From contig OY762825.2 of assembly GCA_963666425.2 (NCBI GenBank), forward strand, positions 1,472,001 to 1,536,000: a stretch of 64,000 nt of DNA. The letters are read 5' to 3'. This document shows, in pieces, positions 42,742-52,920 of the stretch. A program made the translations under genes and the position numbers. Source of the DNA: Bacillota bacterium (GTDB lineage Bacteria; Bacillota; JAAYKD01). The notes under the pieces were generated by a model. The model was not told the origin of the DNA and ran no database searches. It saw only the letters and a program-made list of their open reading frames with translations. Positions within the stretch are counted from its first letter, which is position 1; each line of letters starts with the position of its first letter.

Positions 42742-43941
42742 ATGAATCGAAGGACGTGGCAAAGAATGGCTTTAAAAGATCATATCGAGTTTCTGACCAA
42801 TAAAGTAGGCGTCCGACCGCCTGCATCGCAGGCAGAGCGCAACGCTTCCGTATATATTGAAAATCAATTTAAAGAGCATGGCTTGGAAACCGGAGCGCTC
42901 GTCTATCCGGCACTGCGCAATTATTCCTGGTATTATGCCCTTGCCTACCTGATCTATCCTCTGGCTGTGATGATCTATCCTTCCCGCCCTTGGTTAGCGG
43001 CTGCACTCACTTTTTTAGCCACCTTATTATGGCGCCTGGATCTCTATCTCTGGCCGGGAATTGTCCGTACTTTTGCCGGTGCAAAAAAAAGCCAGGCCAT
43101 TTTAGGACGCAAGCCCGCTTATGAAGAGAGTCGGCAGATTATTTTTATCACTGCCGGTTACGACAGCCGGAAATCCTATGCCTTGGGCCCGCGGATCAGC
43201 CAATACTATTACCGTTTGATCCTGACCGGAGATATTCTGCGCTCCGTACAATTGTTTGCTTTGACCGGCGGCGCCATCTTTACCATTTTTGCCATGACCC
43301 ACTGGTCCAGAATTCTTTGGTGTATCACCTGGCCCGGCTCTCTGCTCCTGACGATGATGATGGCCTTGGAATTGCATCGTTGGCTGAGCGGTCTTTGGCT
43401 GAGTACGGTCAATGATAACGACAGCAGCGTTGCGGTTCTGATCGGCTTAGCGGAGGAATTGCAGCAGCATCCATGTCAGCACTGCGATGTCATTTTGGCA
43501 GCGCTGGGAAGTGACCGTGATGCCAATTTGGGGATGCATAAACTCTTATCTCTGATTGAAAAAGAACTGCGCAGCACCACCGATGTGATCAATTTGGAGG
43601 CGGTTGGCGGCGGCAAGCTGCGGATTTTAGGTCGGGAAGGAATTTCCCGGCCGATCCCGGCGACCGATGACCTGATCGATTTGGGCTATATGATTGCCAA
43701 AGGTCTCAACATGGAGTTTCAGGAGACCGAACAGAGTGTTTTGCGGACCAGCGGAGCCATTGCCCGCAGTCTGGGATTTCGTTCTGTCAGTTTAATGGGA
43801 ATCGACAGTGACGGTTTGCCCTGCAATTTCCGGGAAACAACGAAGCGCAGTGAGAAACTGACTGCCGTAAAAGAAGATAAACTGATCGGCGTGGTGGATG
43901 TGATCACCCAGATGATCCATTTGATCGATCAGCAGGTTTAG
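42742..43941 (+). CDS. Membrane protein with degenerate M28 peptidase fold
   Basis: R.PAS.AE, AGYDS, NDN.S.VAVL, INLEAVG.G; canonical His and EE ligands substituted. Confidence 0.6.
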   Translation: MNRRTWQRMALKDHIEFLTNKVGVRPPASQAERNASVYIENQFKEHGLETGALVYPALRNYSWYYALAYLIYPLAVMIYPSRPWLAAALTFLATLLWRLDLYLWPGIVRTFAGAKKSQAILGRKPAYEESRQIIFITAGYDSRKSYALGPRISQYYYRLILTGDILRSVQLFALTGGAIFTIFAMTHWSRILWCITWPGSLLLTMMMALELHRWLSGLWLSTVNDNDSSVAVLIGLAEELQQHPCQHCDVILAALGSDRDANLGMHKLLSLIEKELRSTTDVINLEAVGGGKLRILGREGISRPIPATDDLIDLGYMIAKGLNMEFQETEQSVLRTSGAIARSLGFRSVSLMGIDSDGLPCNFRETTKRSEKLTAVKEDKLIGVVDVITQMIHLIDQQV

Positions 43942-43973
43942 CAGCGATCCTGTCGGGAGGAGAGGGAACGGCG

Positions 43974-45974
43974 ATGAAAGGGAAAGAGGATTTGCAGGAA
44001 AACCTGGCCTTATTATCCGATAAGCCAGGTGTGTATTTAATGTACAATGCAGCCGGCAGTGTAATTTATGTCGGCAAGGCCATCAGTTTAAAAAATCGCG
44101 TTCGCTCTTATTTCCGCGAAAGCAATCCGCATAGCCGTAAAATCCAACGGATGGTGCACGAAGTGGATCATTTCGAAACGATTGTCACCGCCAGCGAACT
44201 GGAAGCGTTGATTCTGGAATGTAATTTCATCAAACAATACCATCCGCATTATAATTCTCTGCTGAAAGACGATAAAGGTTATCCTTATCTACGGATCGAT
44301 GTGCGGGAACCCTTTCCCCGGGTTACCTTTGAACATCAGTTAAAGCAAGACGGCGCCCGTTATTTCGGACCTTATCTGGGCGGTATCGCCAGTCACACCT
44401 TACAGGTGATCCGCAAAGTTTTTCCGCTGCGGACCTGTAAAAAAGAAATCAGCGGCAACGATGCTGCCCCCTGCTTGAATTATCATATCAAGCATTGTTC
44501 CGGACCTTGTATCGGCGCCATCAGTCAGGCTGACTATGCTCTGATCGTGCGGGATGTGCTTTTATTCCTGGAAGGCAAGCACGAAGAGCTGCTGCAGACG
44601 CTGCAGACTAAAATGGAAGCCGCCGCTGAAAATCTGCAGTTTGAAAAGGCGGCGCAACTGCGCGATCAATGGCAGGCTGTCCAGCGTTTACAGGAAAAGC
44701 AGCGGGTTTCCGGCGCCAATTTGGGCGACCGCGATGTGATTGCCATGGCGCAGGCTTATAATACAACCCAAATCCAGATTTTCTACATGCGCAGCGGCCG
44801 CATCATCGGACGCGATACCTATAGCCTGGGCGACACGGAAGAACAGAGCCGCTCAGAAATCCTCTCGGATTTTATTCGGCAGTACTACAGTCAGGTTGAA
44901 ATCGTGCCGCGGGAAATCTTGGTGCAGGAACAACTGGAAGACGCTGCCTTACTGCAGGAGTGGCTGAGCCACTACAGCGGCCGCAAAGTTGAAATTAAAA
45001 CACCTCAGCGCGGTGAGAAGAGAGATTTGGTAGAATTGGTGGCCAGCAACGCCTTGCATACCTTGGGACGCAATCACAACCGACGTCTGAATAATAAAGA
45101 AGAAGCGCAAACTGCCCTACAGGAATTAAAAAAAGCCTTGTCCCTGCCGGAAATGCCGCTGCGCATCGAAGCGTTTGATATTTCCAACACGCAAGGCACG
45201 CTCAGCGTCGCCTCCATGGTGGTCTTCAGCATGGGTATCCCCGACAACAAGGCATATCGCCGTTTTCGCATCAAAACCGTCGAGGGTCCCAACGATTTTG
45301 CAAGCATGGCAGAAGTCATCCGCCGCCGTTTCAGCCGTGCGGCGGAAGAACAAAAACAAATCGCAGCAGGCAGCCTGAGCGAAGAGAAAGCGAAATTCGC
45401 TGTCTTGCCCGATCTGATTCTGATTGACGGCGGCAAAGGCCAATTGGGTGCCGCCCGGGCGATCCTGCATGAACTGGGTTTTGCTGGCATTGCCACCATT
45501 GGCTTGGCCAAACAGTTTGAACTGGTCTATCTGGAAGGCCGAGATTTGCCGATAGAATTGCCGCCCAACAGCCGCTCGCTCTTTTTGCTGCAGCGTATTC
45601 GGGATGAAGCGCATCGCTTTGCCATCACCTACCACCGCAATCTGCGGGGAACGGACGCACTGCGTTCTCAGTTGGAGCAAATCCCGGGCATTGGTGTCAC
45701 CCGCACGCGCGCGCTCTTAAAAAAATTCGATTCTCTGGAGAAATTAGCTTTGGCCAGCCTGCAGGAATTGGCAGATACACCGGGAATGAATGTGAAGGCT
45801 GCCGAAGAAGTCTCCGTTTATCTGCGTCAAAATCTGGCTTCCGGCCGGGATGTGCTGCAGGCTGCGGAGGCAACGCTGCCTTACGAGAAAAATAACAAGC
45901 AAAGAGGTGAGGCACTTGAAACAGGAATGGCTGGAAAAAAACATGTACCTGCGCGGCATGACACAGGTGCCTAA
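43974..45974 (+). CDS. uvrC: Excinuclease ABC subunit C
   Basis: GIY-YIG PGVY..VIYVGKA..LKNRV.SYF, RIEAFDIS, DGGKGQ, RDEAHRFAI, HhH. Confidence 0.98.
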   Translation: MKGKEDLQENLALLSDKPGVYLMYNAAGSVIYVGKAISLKNRVRSYFRESNPHSRKIQRMVHEVDHFETIVTASELEALILECNFIKQYHPHYNSLLKDDKGYPYLRIDVREPFPRVTFEHQLKQDGARYFGPYLGGIASHTLQVIRKVFPLRTCKKEISGNDAAPCLNYHIKHCSGPCIGAISQADYALIVRDVLLFLEGKHEELLQTLQTKMEAAAENLQFEKAAQLRDQWQAVQRLQEKQRVSGANLGDRDVIAMAQAYNTTQIQIFYMRSGRIIGRDTYSLGDTEEQSRSEILSDFIRQYYSQVEIVPREILVQEQLEDAALLQEWLSHYSGRKVEIKTPQRGEKRDLVELVASNALHTLGRNHNRRLNNKEEAQTALQELKKALSLPEMPLRIEAFDISNTQGTLSVASMVVFSMGIPDNKAYRRFRIKTVEGPNDFASMAEVIRRRFSRAAEEQKQIAAGSLSEEKAKFAVLPDLILIDGGKGQLGAARAILHELGFAGIATIGLAKQFELVYLEGRDLPIELPPNSRSLFLLQRIRDEAHRFAITYHRNLRGTDALRSQLEQIPGIGVTRTRALLKKFDSLEKLALASLQELADTPGMNVKAAEEVSVYLRQNLASGRDVLQAAEATLPYEKNNKQRGEALETGMAGKKHVPARHDTGA

Positions 45975-46719
45975 TCTGCTGTTGGATTATTATAAAGAGC
46001 TGATGATGAGCGAGCAGGAGTTGATTGCCGTATTCAATCTCCTGCGTTATCAGCAAAAAGGCAGCGAAAGCAAGTCGGCTGCTCTCAGCGATTATCTGAT
46101 GGAGTGCTTGAAATTGTCCCGCTCCGAGGTGCAGTCTCTGATTTTTAATATGGTAAGCAAGGGATTCTTGGCAACCGATCATGCAGACAGTGGCAGGGTC
46201 GCCCCGGATGCTGTTTCGTTGCTGCCCCTCTACGAAAAACTGACCCATTTGTTCAGCCGCGATCTCTTATCTCCGGAACAAAAAGAAGCACCGGATAAAA
46301 AAATTAATCAAACAGCCGAACTGGTTTCCGCCTTTGAACGGGTTTTTAACAAGCTCTCTCCTTTTGATTATGAAAAACTGCGCGACTGGTTGAATAACGA
46401 TGGCTGGTCGCCGGAAATTATCCTGGAAGCCTTACGTCAAGCGTCCTTACAGCGTAAACTGAACTTTGCCTATATCGACCGTATCTTGCTCAACTGGCAA
46501 ATGAATCAATTGGACACGCTGGAAAAAATCAAAGCCAGCGAGGATGCCTTTCAGCGACGGCAAGTATTGCGCCAACAGGTAAGCCAATCTGCTGTGTCGA
46601 ATAACAACGCATCTCCGGCAGCTGCCGGAACGCCAAAATCAAACAACAGACCGGCCCTGATCAAACCCGACAGCAGCAAGGGAGGAAAAAAGAAGCGCTA
46701 TGACGACATTGTCGAATGA
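45916..46719 (+). CDS. dnaD: DnaD domain replication protein
   Basis: VPNLLL.YY..L, FE..F..LSP...E, I.EAL.......NFAYIDRIL.NW; TTG start behind GAGGTG. Confidence 0.8.
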   Translation: MKQEWLEKNMYLRGMTQVPNLLLDYYKELMMSEQELIAVFNLLRYQQKGSESKSAALSDYLMECLKLSRSEVQSLIFNMVSKGFLATDHADSGRVAPDAVSLLPLYEKLTHLFSRDLLSPEQKEAPDKKINQTAELVSAFERVFNKLSPFDYEKLRDWLNNDGWSPEIILEALRQASLQRKLNFAYIDRILLNWQMNQLDTLEKIKASEDAFQRRQVLRQQVSQSAVSNNNASPAAAGTPKSNNRPALIKPDSSKGGKKKRYDDIVE

Positions 46720-47710
46720 TTATATCGAACGGGACCTGCAGCATCGCCGAAAAATTGATAAACTCTGGCAGAAATACCCCGATTTACATCGGGTAGAAGA
46801 TGCTTTGTATGAGATTCTGACTCGTTTGACTCGCAGCGTGATCGCAAATCCCGGTGGCCGGCTGCAGCCGGCTGAGCTGACAGCCGAGCTGGAGCAATTA
46901 CGCCAGGAACGTCGCGCCCTGCTGCAGCGTTACAAAATCCCGGATGATTACAATGTGCCGTCTTATCACTGCCCCATCTGCAAAGACCTGGAAGTGATCG
47001 AAACCGCAGCGGGTTGGCAGCTCTGCAGCTGTGTGCAAAAAAAGCAATTGGAATATCAGTTTATCAGCGCTAAAATTCCTGCTAAAATGCGGGAACAACG
47101 CTTGGACAATTTCCTTTTGAACTATTACAGTGAACTCGAGATGGTGGATGAACGGGACAGCCAACGCCGCAAAGCGGAAAAAGCATTGCAGGGCGCCGAA
47201 GATTTTGTCAAAGCGGTATTGGAACAACAGCCGGTCAAAGGTTTGTATTTCTTTGGCGGCGCCGGTGTTGGCAAAACGCATCTGGTCTCCGGCATTGCCA
47301 ATCGGCTGATGGAAAACAAAATCATGCCACTTTATCTGATGGTTGCGGATTTGCTGGATGAATTGCGGCAGGGATACGAAAGCAGTCATGCGGAAACCAG
47401 CACCAACAGCCTGATGGAACAAGCAAAACAAGCTCCCGTACTGATTTTGGATGACATCGGCGCGGAACGCAGTACCGACTGGTCCATCGAAAAATTGTTT
47501 CAAATTATCAATCATCGTTACCTCAACCAATTGCCCACCGTGCTGACCTCCAATTATGATTTGGATGAGCTGGCCGATCACATGGGCTATGGCAGTACGG
47601 GCGTGCGGATCTGCTCCAGAATTGTGGAAATGTGCCGTCTCTACCGCCTGGACTGCGAAGACATCCGCCGCCAAAAACGCCGGGAAAGCAGCCCTCCCCT
47701 CGGCAGCTAG
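46700..47710 (+). CDS. DnaC/DnaI-like AAA+ helicase loader (IstB-like ATP-binding)
   Basis: CPIC.D...C.C Zn motif, G.AGVGKTHL, LILDDIGAE, IINHRY, LTSN, RI.SRI. Confidence 0.85.
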   Translation: MTTLSNDYIERDLQHRRKIDKLWQKYPDLHRVEDALYEILTRLTRSVIANPGGRLQPAELTAELEQLRQERRALLQRYKIPDDYNVPSYHCPICKDLEVIETAAGWQLCSCVQKKQLEYQFISAKIPAKMREQRLDNFLLNYYSELEMVDERDSQRRKAEKALQGAEDFVKAVLEQQPVKGLYFFGGAGVGKTHLVSGIANRLMENKIMPLYLMVADLLDELRQGYESSHAETSTNSLMEQAKQAPVLILDDIGAERSTDWSIEKLFQIINHRYLNQLPTVLTSNYDLDELADHMGYGSTGVRICSRIVEMCRLYRLDCEDIRRQKRRESSPPLGS

Positions 47711-47889
47711 CCAAAGCGGCTGATTGCATCGCCTTTACTTTTACGCATCGCTTGGTATTATTGATCAGATTTAAAATTGTTTCGATGGCTGAAAGAATCA
47801 ACAAGGACTTTCCTTACAGAAAAGAGAAAAGGTGTTGCAGTGAGTGATTGCTGTAGCCAGCAATCTAAAATTTAAGGAGGCGAATTTAT

Positions 47890-48897
47890 ATGAATCTGGC
47901 AAAATTTCCCCGTCGTCGCTATACAGTAGGCTATACTCCTCTGGAATATTTGGCCAATTTGACGAAACTGATGGATGGACCCGAGATTTATATTAAGCGG
48001 GATGATTTGCTCGGGTTAGCCGCCGGTGGCAACAAAACGCGGAAACTAGAATTCCTGGTAGCCGATGCGCTCACTCAACACGCCGATGTCCTGATTACCT
48101 GCGGCGCTGTGCAAAGCAATCACTGTCGCCTGACGTTGGCTGCTGCCAAAAAAGAAGGGCTTGACTGCTACCTCGTCTTGGAAGAACGTGTTCCCGGCAG
48201 TTATACCAAAGAAGCCAGCGGCAATAACTTCTTATTTCGCTTAATGGGCCTTGCCGATGACCATATCACCGTAGTAGCCGCCGGTTCACCAATGGTGGCT
48301 GCCATGGAAAAAGTAGCTGCTGAATTGAAAGCCAAAGGCCATACGCCTTATATTATTGTCGGCGGCGGCTCCGATCCCATTGGCGCCACCGGTTATGTTG
48401 CCTGCGCCGAAGAGATTTTAGCACAATGCTTTGAACAGGGAATCAATCTGGATTATGTTGTTACCACCAGCGGCAGCGCCGGCACCCATGCCGGTTTGGC
48501 CGTCGGCTTCTTTGGCACCAATAGCCAAATCCCGGTGGTCGGCATCAATATCAGCCGTCCGAATTCCTTGCAAGTTCCTATCGTGACGAAATTAGCCATT
48601 GAAACCGCCAAACATGTCGGGATCCGGGAAGCTTTCCCGGCTGACGGCATCACCTGCTTCGATGGTTATGTCGGACCGGGTTACTCCCGTCCTACCGAAG
48701 AAATGATCCAAGCTGTTGAATTGTTGGCCAGAACTGAAGCCATTTTGCTGGATCCTGTCTACACCGGTAAGGCATTTGCCGGTATGTTGGATTTGATCCG
48801 TAAGGGTTACTTCAAAAAAGGCGAAAAGATCTGCTTCCTGCATACCGGCGGATCTCCGGCTCTTTATCATTACAAAGACGAATTCCATTTGGTTTAA
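47890..48897 (+). CDS. dcyD: D-cysteine desulfhydrase family PLP enzyme
   Basis: IKRDD..G..GGNKTRKLEF, QSNHCR, LDPVYTGK, LHTGG. Confidence 0.93.
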   Translation: MNLAKFPRRRYTVGYTPLEYLANLTKLMDGPEIYIKRDDLLGLAAGGNKTRKLEFLVADALTQHADVLITCGAVQSNHCRLTLAAAKKEGLDCYLVLEERVPGSYTKEASGNNFLFRLMGLADDHITVVAAGSPMVAAMEKVAAELKAKGHTPYIIVGGGSDPIGATGYVACAEEILAQCFEQGINLDYVVTTSGSAGTHAGLAVGFFGTNSQIPVVGINISRPNSLQVPIVTKLAIETAKHVGIREAFPADGITCFDGYVGPGYSRPTEEMIQAVELLARTEAILLDPVYTGKAFAGMLDLIRKGYFKKGEKICFLHTGGSPALYHYKDEFHLV

Positions 48898-48954
48898 ACA
48901 GCATCATCAAATCAGACTGTACCTGCGATCTTCGAGCAGGCAAATCCTGACGGC

Positions 48955-48988
48955 AAACAACCTCACGCTTTGTGGGGTTGTTTTTTTT
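48955..48988 (+). terminator. Intrinsic terminator after dcyD
   Basis: AAACAACCTCAC-GCTTT-GTGGGGTTGTTT followed by T run. Confidence 0.8.
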
Positions 48989-49018
48989 ATCTGTTTTTTT
49001 AATTTTTCACCGGCAGAT

Positions 49019-49047
49019 TGTAACCTTTTGCCCGAATCGGTGACTAA
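49019..49047 (+). promoter_or_regulatory. Candidate ECF-sigma promoter of the fab operon
   Basis: TGTAAC (49019-49024) ... TGACTA (49041-49046); no clear SigA consensus between terminator and fabH. Confidence 0.4.
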
Positions 49048-49080
49048 TGCTTTGTAACGTTTTTGAAAGGAGTGAATTGA

Positions 49081-50031
49081 GTGAGCTTTTTTGTTTTGGG
49101 CACCGGCAGCTATGTCCCTGCCAAGATCGTGACAAACAATGATCTGGCTCAGTTGGTAGATACTTCAGACGAATGGATCACACAGCGGGTGGGTGTCAAA
49201 GAGCGGCATATTTGTGTGAATGAAACCGCCGCGGATCTCGCTTATCAGGCCGCTCTGCAGGCACTGCAAAACAGCGGTTGTTCGGCAGCAGAAGTCGATT
49301 TGATCCTGGCGGCAACCGTCAGCGGAGAACTGATTTCGCCGTCTGTTTCCTGTCAGGTTCAGGAAAAGCTGGGTATCTCCTGTTTGGCTTTTGATCTCAA
49401 TGCGGCTTGTTCAGCCTTTCTTTTTCTGCTGGAAACCGCTTCCGCTTACTTTGCCCTGGGTTACCAGAAAATTTTGGTGATTGGCGCCGAGCGCATGAGC
49501 CGCATCGTCGATTGGCACGACCGCAACACCTGCGTCATTTTCGGTGACGGCGCCGGAGCACTGCTCTTGGGAGCAGGCAGTAATTACTTAGCCTCTGTCT
49601 TTACCGTCAAAGGCGGCAGCGATGTGATCAAAATCCCCAACTTCGCCGGTAATTCGCCTTACTATTTACAAAATCCCGAAGCGCCTTACGTTCAGATGAA
49701 TGGTCAGGAGACATTCAAATACGCCGTCAATGCGATCTGTCAGGATGTGCAGACGCTGCTGCGACAAGAAAATCTGTCGCTGGAGCAAATCGATTACATT
49801 GTGCCGCATCAGGCCAACAAACGCATCATTGATTTGGCCGCCAGTAAGCTGCATGTGGCAGCGGAGAAATTTTATCTGAATATTGAACACTACGGCAATA
49901 CGTCGTCCGCCAGCATTCCACTCGCTTTGGACGAAATGAATCGCAAGGGCTTGCTGCAAGCCGGTTCCTTGCTCTTGCTGACCGCCTTTGGCGGCGGTTT
50001 AGCCAATGCTTCCTGTCTATTGCGTTGGTAA
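49081..50031 (+). CDS. fabH: 3-oxoacyl-ACP synthase III
   Basis: DTSDEWI, AACS, FGDGAGA, PHQAN, GNTS.AS. Confidence 0.95.
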   Translation: MSFFVLGTGSYVPAKIVTNNDLAQLVDTSDEWITQRVGVKERHICVNETAADLAYQAALQALQNSGCSAAEVDLILAATVSGELISPSVSCQVQEKLGISCLAFDLNAACSAFLFLLETASAYFALGYQKILVIGAERMSRIVDWHDRNTCVIFGDGAGALLLGAGSNYLASVFTVKGGSDVIKIPNFAGNSPYYLQNPEAPYVQMNGQETFKYAVNAICQDVQTLLRQENLSLEQIDYIVPHQANKRIIDLAASKLHVAAEKFYLNIEHYGNTSSASIPLALDEMNRKGLLQAGSLLLLTAFGGGLANASCLLRW

Positions 50032-50088
50032 CAGGCGCGCATAGAGCATGCCTGCCAAATAAATGATTATTAAAAGGAGATTGAAATC

Positions 50089-50313
50089 ATGGTTTTAGAA
50101 AGAGTAATTAGCGTTATCGCTCAGAAAATTGAATGCGATCCGGCAACTATCAGCGGGGAAACGAAATTTGAAGAACTGGGCATTGATTCCCTGGAAGTCA
50201 TCGAGCTGTTGATGGCCATGGAAGAGGAATTTGCCACAGAGATCGAACTGGGCAGCAATAAGCTGGTCATGGTAGCGGACCTGGTCAGCTTGATTGAAGC
50301 AAAAATTCAATAA
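50089..50313 (+). CDS. acpP: Acyl carrier protein
   Basis: LGIDSLE phosphopantetheine motif, acidic 74 aa. Confidence 0.93.
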   Translation: MVLERVISVIAQKIECDPATISGETKFEELGIDSLEVIELLMAMEEEFATEIELGSNKLVMVADLVSLIEAKIQ

Positions 50314-51276
50314 ATGAACAGCGCACAAATCCGCTCACCGCTTTGCTCTTTGCTGAACATCCGCTATCCGATTTTCCAAGGGGGAATGGCTTGGATCGCC
50401 GATGCCAAATTAGCCGCCGCCGTTTCCAATGCCGGTGGTTTGGGCATCATTTCCGCGATGAATGCCAATGCCGATTACCTGAAAGCCCAGATCGACGCTG
50501 CCCGTCGCTTGACCGAACACCCGTTTGGAGTCAATCTGATGCTGATGAGTCCGTTCGCTGACGATGCCGCCGAATTGGTTCGCAGTGAAAAAGTTGACGT
50601 GGTCACAACCGGAGCAGGCATTCCTACGGCTTATCTCGGCGCCTGGAAAGCAGCCGGCATCAAGGTAATTCCGGTCATTGCTTCCGTTGATTCTGCCCGC
50701 TTGATGGAAAAAATCGGAGCCGATGCAGTGATCGCGGAAGGCAGTGAATCCGGCGGTCATATCGGCGAATCCACCACTATGACTTTACTGCCGCAGGTCT
50801 GCGATGCGGTTCACATCCCCGTTTTAGCTGCCGGCGGCATTGCAGACGGCAGAGGTTTGGCTGCCTGTTTGCTTTTGGGAGCCGCAGGCATCCAAATGGG
50901 GACGCGCTTTTTATTAGCCACCGAATGCGGAGTTCATCCTGTTTACAAAGAAATGATTAAAAAAGCCAATGATATCGCCACAATCGCAACCGGTCGCCGT
51001 TTTCAGGGCACCACCTGCCGTTGTCTGAAAAACCCCTTCAGCCGCTCTTATCTGAAATTGGAATTCAGCCCGGATACCACAGCGGATTTGTTGTCTCTGC
51101 TGAGTACTGGCGCCTTACGCAAAGCTGCGGTAGAGGGAGATGCGTCCGGCGGCTGCTTCATGGCCGGTCAAATTGCCGGTCTGGTTGCTCAAGAATCTTC
51201 AGCCGCAGACATCCTGCAGGAAATCGTCGCACAGGCTGCGGCTTTGCTGAAAGGAGCCAATCAATGGGTAAATTAG
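50314..51276 (+). CDS. fabK: Enoyl-ACP reductase II
   Basis: YPIFQGGMAW, EG.ESGGHIG, AAGGIADGRG, MAGQIAG. Confidence 0.93.
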   Translation: MNSAQIRSPLCSLLNIRYPIFQGGMAWIADAKLAAAVSNAGGLGIISAMNANADYLKAQIDAARRLTEHPFGVNLMLMSPFADDAAELVRSEKVDVVTTGAGIPTAYLGAWKAAGIKVIPVIASVDSARLMEKIGADAVIAEGSESGGHIGESTTMTLLPQVCDAVHIPVLAAGGIADGRGLAACLLLGAAGIQMGTRFLLATECGVHPVYKEMIKKANDIATIATGRRFQGTTCRCLKNPFSRSYLKLEFSPDTTADLLSLLSTGALRKAAVEGDASGGCFMAGQIAGLVAQESSAADILQEIVAQAAALLKGANQWVN

Positions 51277-52190
51277 CCTTTGTTTTTTCCGGTCAGGGCG
51301 CGCAGAAAGTCGGCATGGCTTCTTCTTTTTATGAAAGCGATACACAGATCCATGCTCTTTTTCAGGCAGCGGAAGAGATTCGGCCGCATACTCTGCACCA
51401 GTGTTTTTTTGGCACGGAAGAAGAATTGAAGCGAACGGAAAATACGCAGCCCTGCCTCTACCTGACGGATTTCGCCGCTGCCCTGGCTTTACAGAAAGCC
51501 GGTCTGCAGCCGGATGGTGTAGCCGGATTTTCCCTAGGTGAATTGTCCGCTTTGGCGTTTGCCGGCTGCTTCACTGTCCTCGATGGTTTTAAAATCACCA
51601 TCGAGCGCAGTCTGGCCATGAGCCACGCCGCTCAAACCCAACCTGCTGGCATGGCAGCGATCATTAAACTAAGCAAAGCCAAAGCAGAAGAGCTCTGTGC
51701 AGCGCTGCCGGAAGTGTTTCCCGCCAATTATAACAGCCCGGATCAATTGGTTGTGGCGGGCAATCCCGAGAGTTTAAAAGAACTGGCAGCCAAAGTCAAA
51801 GAAGCCGGCGGCCTCTGTCTGCCCCTGGCGGTCAGCGGCGGTTTTCATTCCCCTTTTATGTCGACAGCGGCCGAGCAATTTGCCGCCGTTCTGCCAAGTT
51901 TCTCAATGCAGCCGCCCATCCGTCCGGTCTATGCCAACTGCAATGCAGAAATCTACCGCGACACACCGCGTGATTGGCTGATCCGTCAAATAGACCATCC
52001 GGTTCTCTGGCAAGAGACGATCGAACATATGTCATCGGATGGCTTCGATACGTTTGTTGAAGTGGGCATCGGCAATACGCTGCAGAAATTGATTCGCAAA
52101 ATCCTACCCAAGAGCCGTGTCTTCGGGGTGGAAACGTCAGCGGATCTGGCCAGAGTTGTAAAAGAGGTGACAGAACATGCTGCAGGGTAA
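51264..52190 (+). CDS. fabD: Malonyl-CoA:ACP transacylase
   Basis: F.GQGAQ, TQP, GFSLGE, VSGGFHS; start moved to MGKLAF. Confidence 0.93.
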   Translation: MGKLAFVFSGQGAQKVGMASSFYESDTQIHALFQAAEEIRPHTLHQCFFGTEEELKRTENTQPCLYLTDFAAALALQKAGLQPDGVAGFSLGELSALAFAGCFTVLDGFKITIERSLAMSHAAQTQPAGMAAIIKLSKAKAEELCAALPEVFPANYNSPDQLVVAGNPESLKELAAKVKEAGGLCLPLAVSGGFHSPFMSTAAEQFAAVLPSFSMQPPIRPVYANCNAEIYRDTPRDWLIRQIDHPVLWQETIEHMSSDGFDTFVEVGIGNTLQKLIRKILPKSRVFGVETSADLARVVKEVTEHAAG

Positions 52191-52911
52191 AACAGCGGTG
52201 ATCACCGGCGGTTCCCGCGGCATTGGCGCCGCGATATGCAGTTTGTTTGCCAAAAACGGAGCCAATATTGCGATGATCTATCTTCAGAACCAGGAAAAAG
52301 CAGCCCAACTGCAGGCGCAGCTGGCAGCTTTGCCGGTTAAAGTCAGCATCTATGCTTGTAATGTAGCCGATACCGCAGACGTAGCTCTGACCTTTCAGAA
52401 AATCACGGCGGATTTCGGTCCGATCGACATTCTCGTCAACAATGCCGGTATTACCAAGGATAAATTGTTATTGGCGATGAAGGAAGCCGATTTTGATGAA
52501 GTGCTGGCAATCAATCTGAAAGGTGCCTTCAATACGATCAAACAGGTTTATCCGATTTTTATGAAACAAAAGTCCGGTAAAATCATCAATATCAGTTCGG
52601 TTGCCGGCCTAAGCGGCAATGCGGGACAGGCGAATTATGCCGCCGCCAAAGCCGGGTTGATCGGACTAACCAAAACAGTTGCCAAAGAACTCGCATCCCG
52701 GGGTGTATGCTGCAATGCCATCGCTCCCGGCTTTATTACCACCGAAATGACGAAAGACTTCAGCGCTGACCATCGCCTGGCCGAACAAATCCCGATGAAA
52801 CGCTTCGGCAAAGCAGAAGAAGTCGCTGAACTGGCTTTGTTTCTCGCATCCGCTCAAGCCGATTATATCACCGGCGAAGTGATCCGAGTGGATGGCGGTT
52901 TAGCAATGTAG
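52177..52911 (+). CDS. fabG: 3-oxoacyl-ACP reductase
   Basis: TGGSRGIG, NNAGIT.D, NYAAAK, VDGG. Confidence 0.96.
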   Translation: MLQGKTAVITGGSRGIGAAICSLFAKNGANIAMIYLQNQEKAAQLQAQLAALPVKVSIYACNVADTADVALTFQKITADFGPIDILVNNAGITKDKLLLAMKEADFDEVLAINLKGAFNTIKQVYPIFMKQKSGKIINISSVAGLSGNAGQANYAAAKAGLIGLTKTVAKELASRGVCCNAIAPGFITTEMTKDFSADHRLAEQIPMKRFGKAEEVAELALFLASAQADYITGEVIRVDGGLAM

Positions 52912-52920
52912 GAGGAGAAC

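Noticed and set aside
45916-47710. IS21 istB or phage replication module
   Set aside because: No istA, inverted repeats or phage context; overlaps uvrC and has host-like composition
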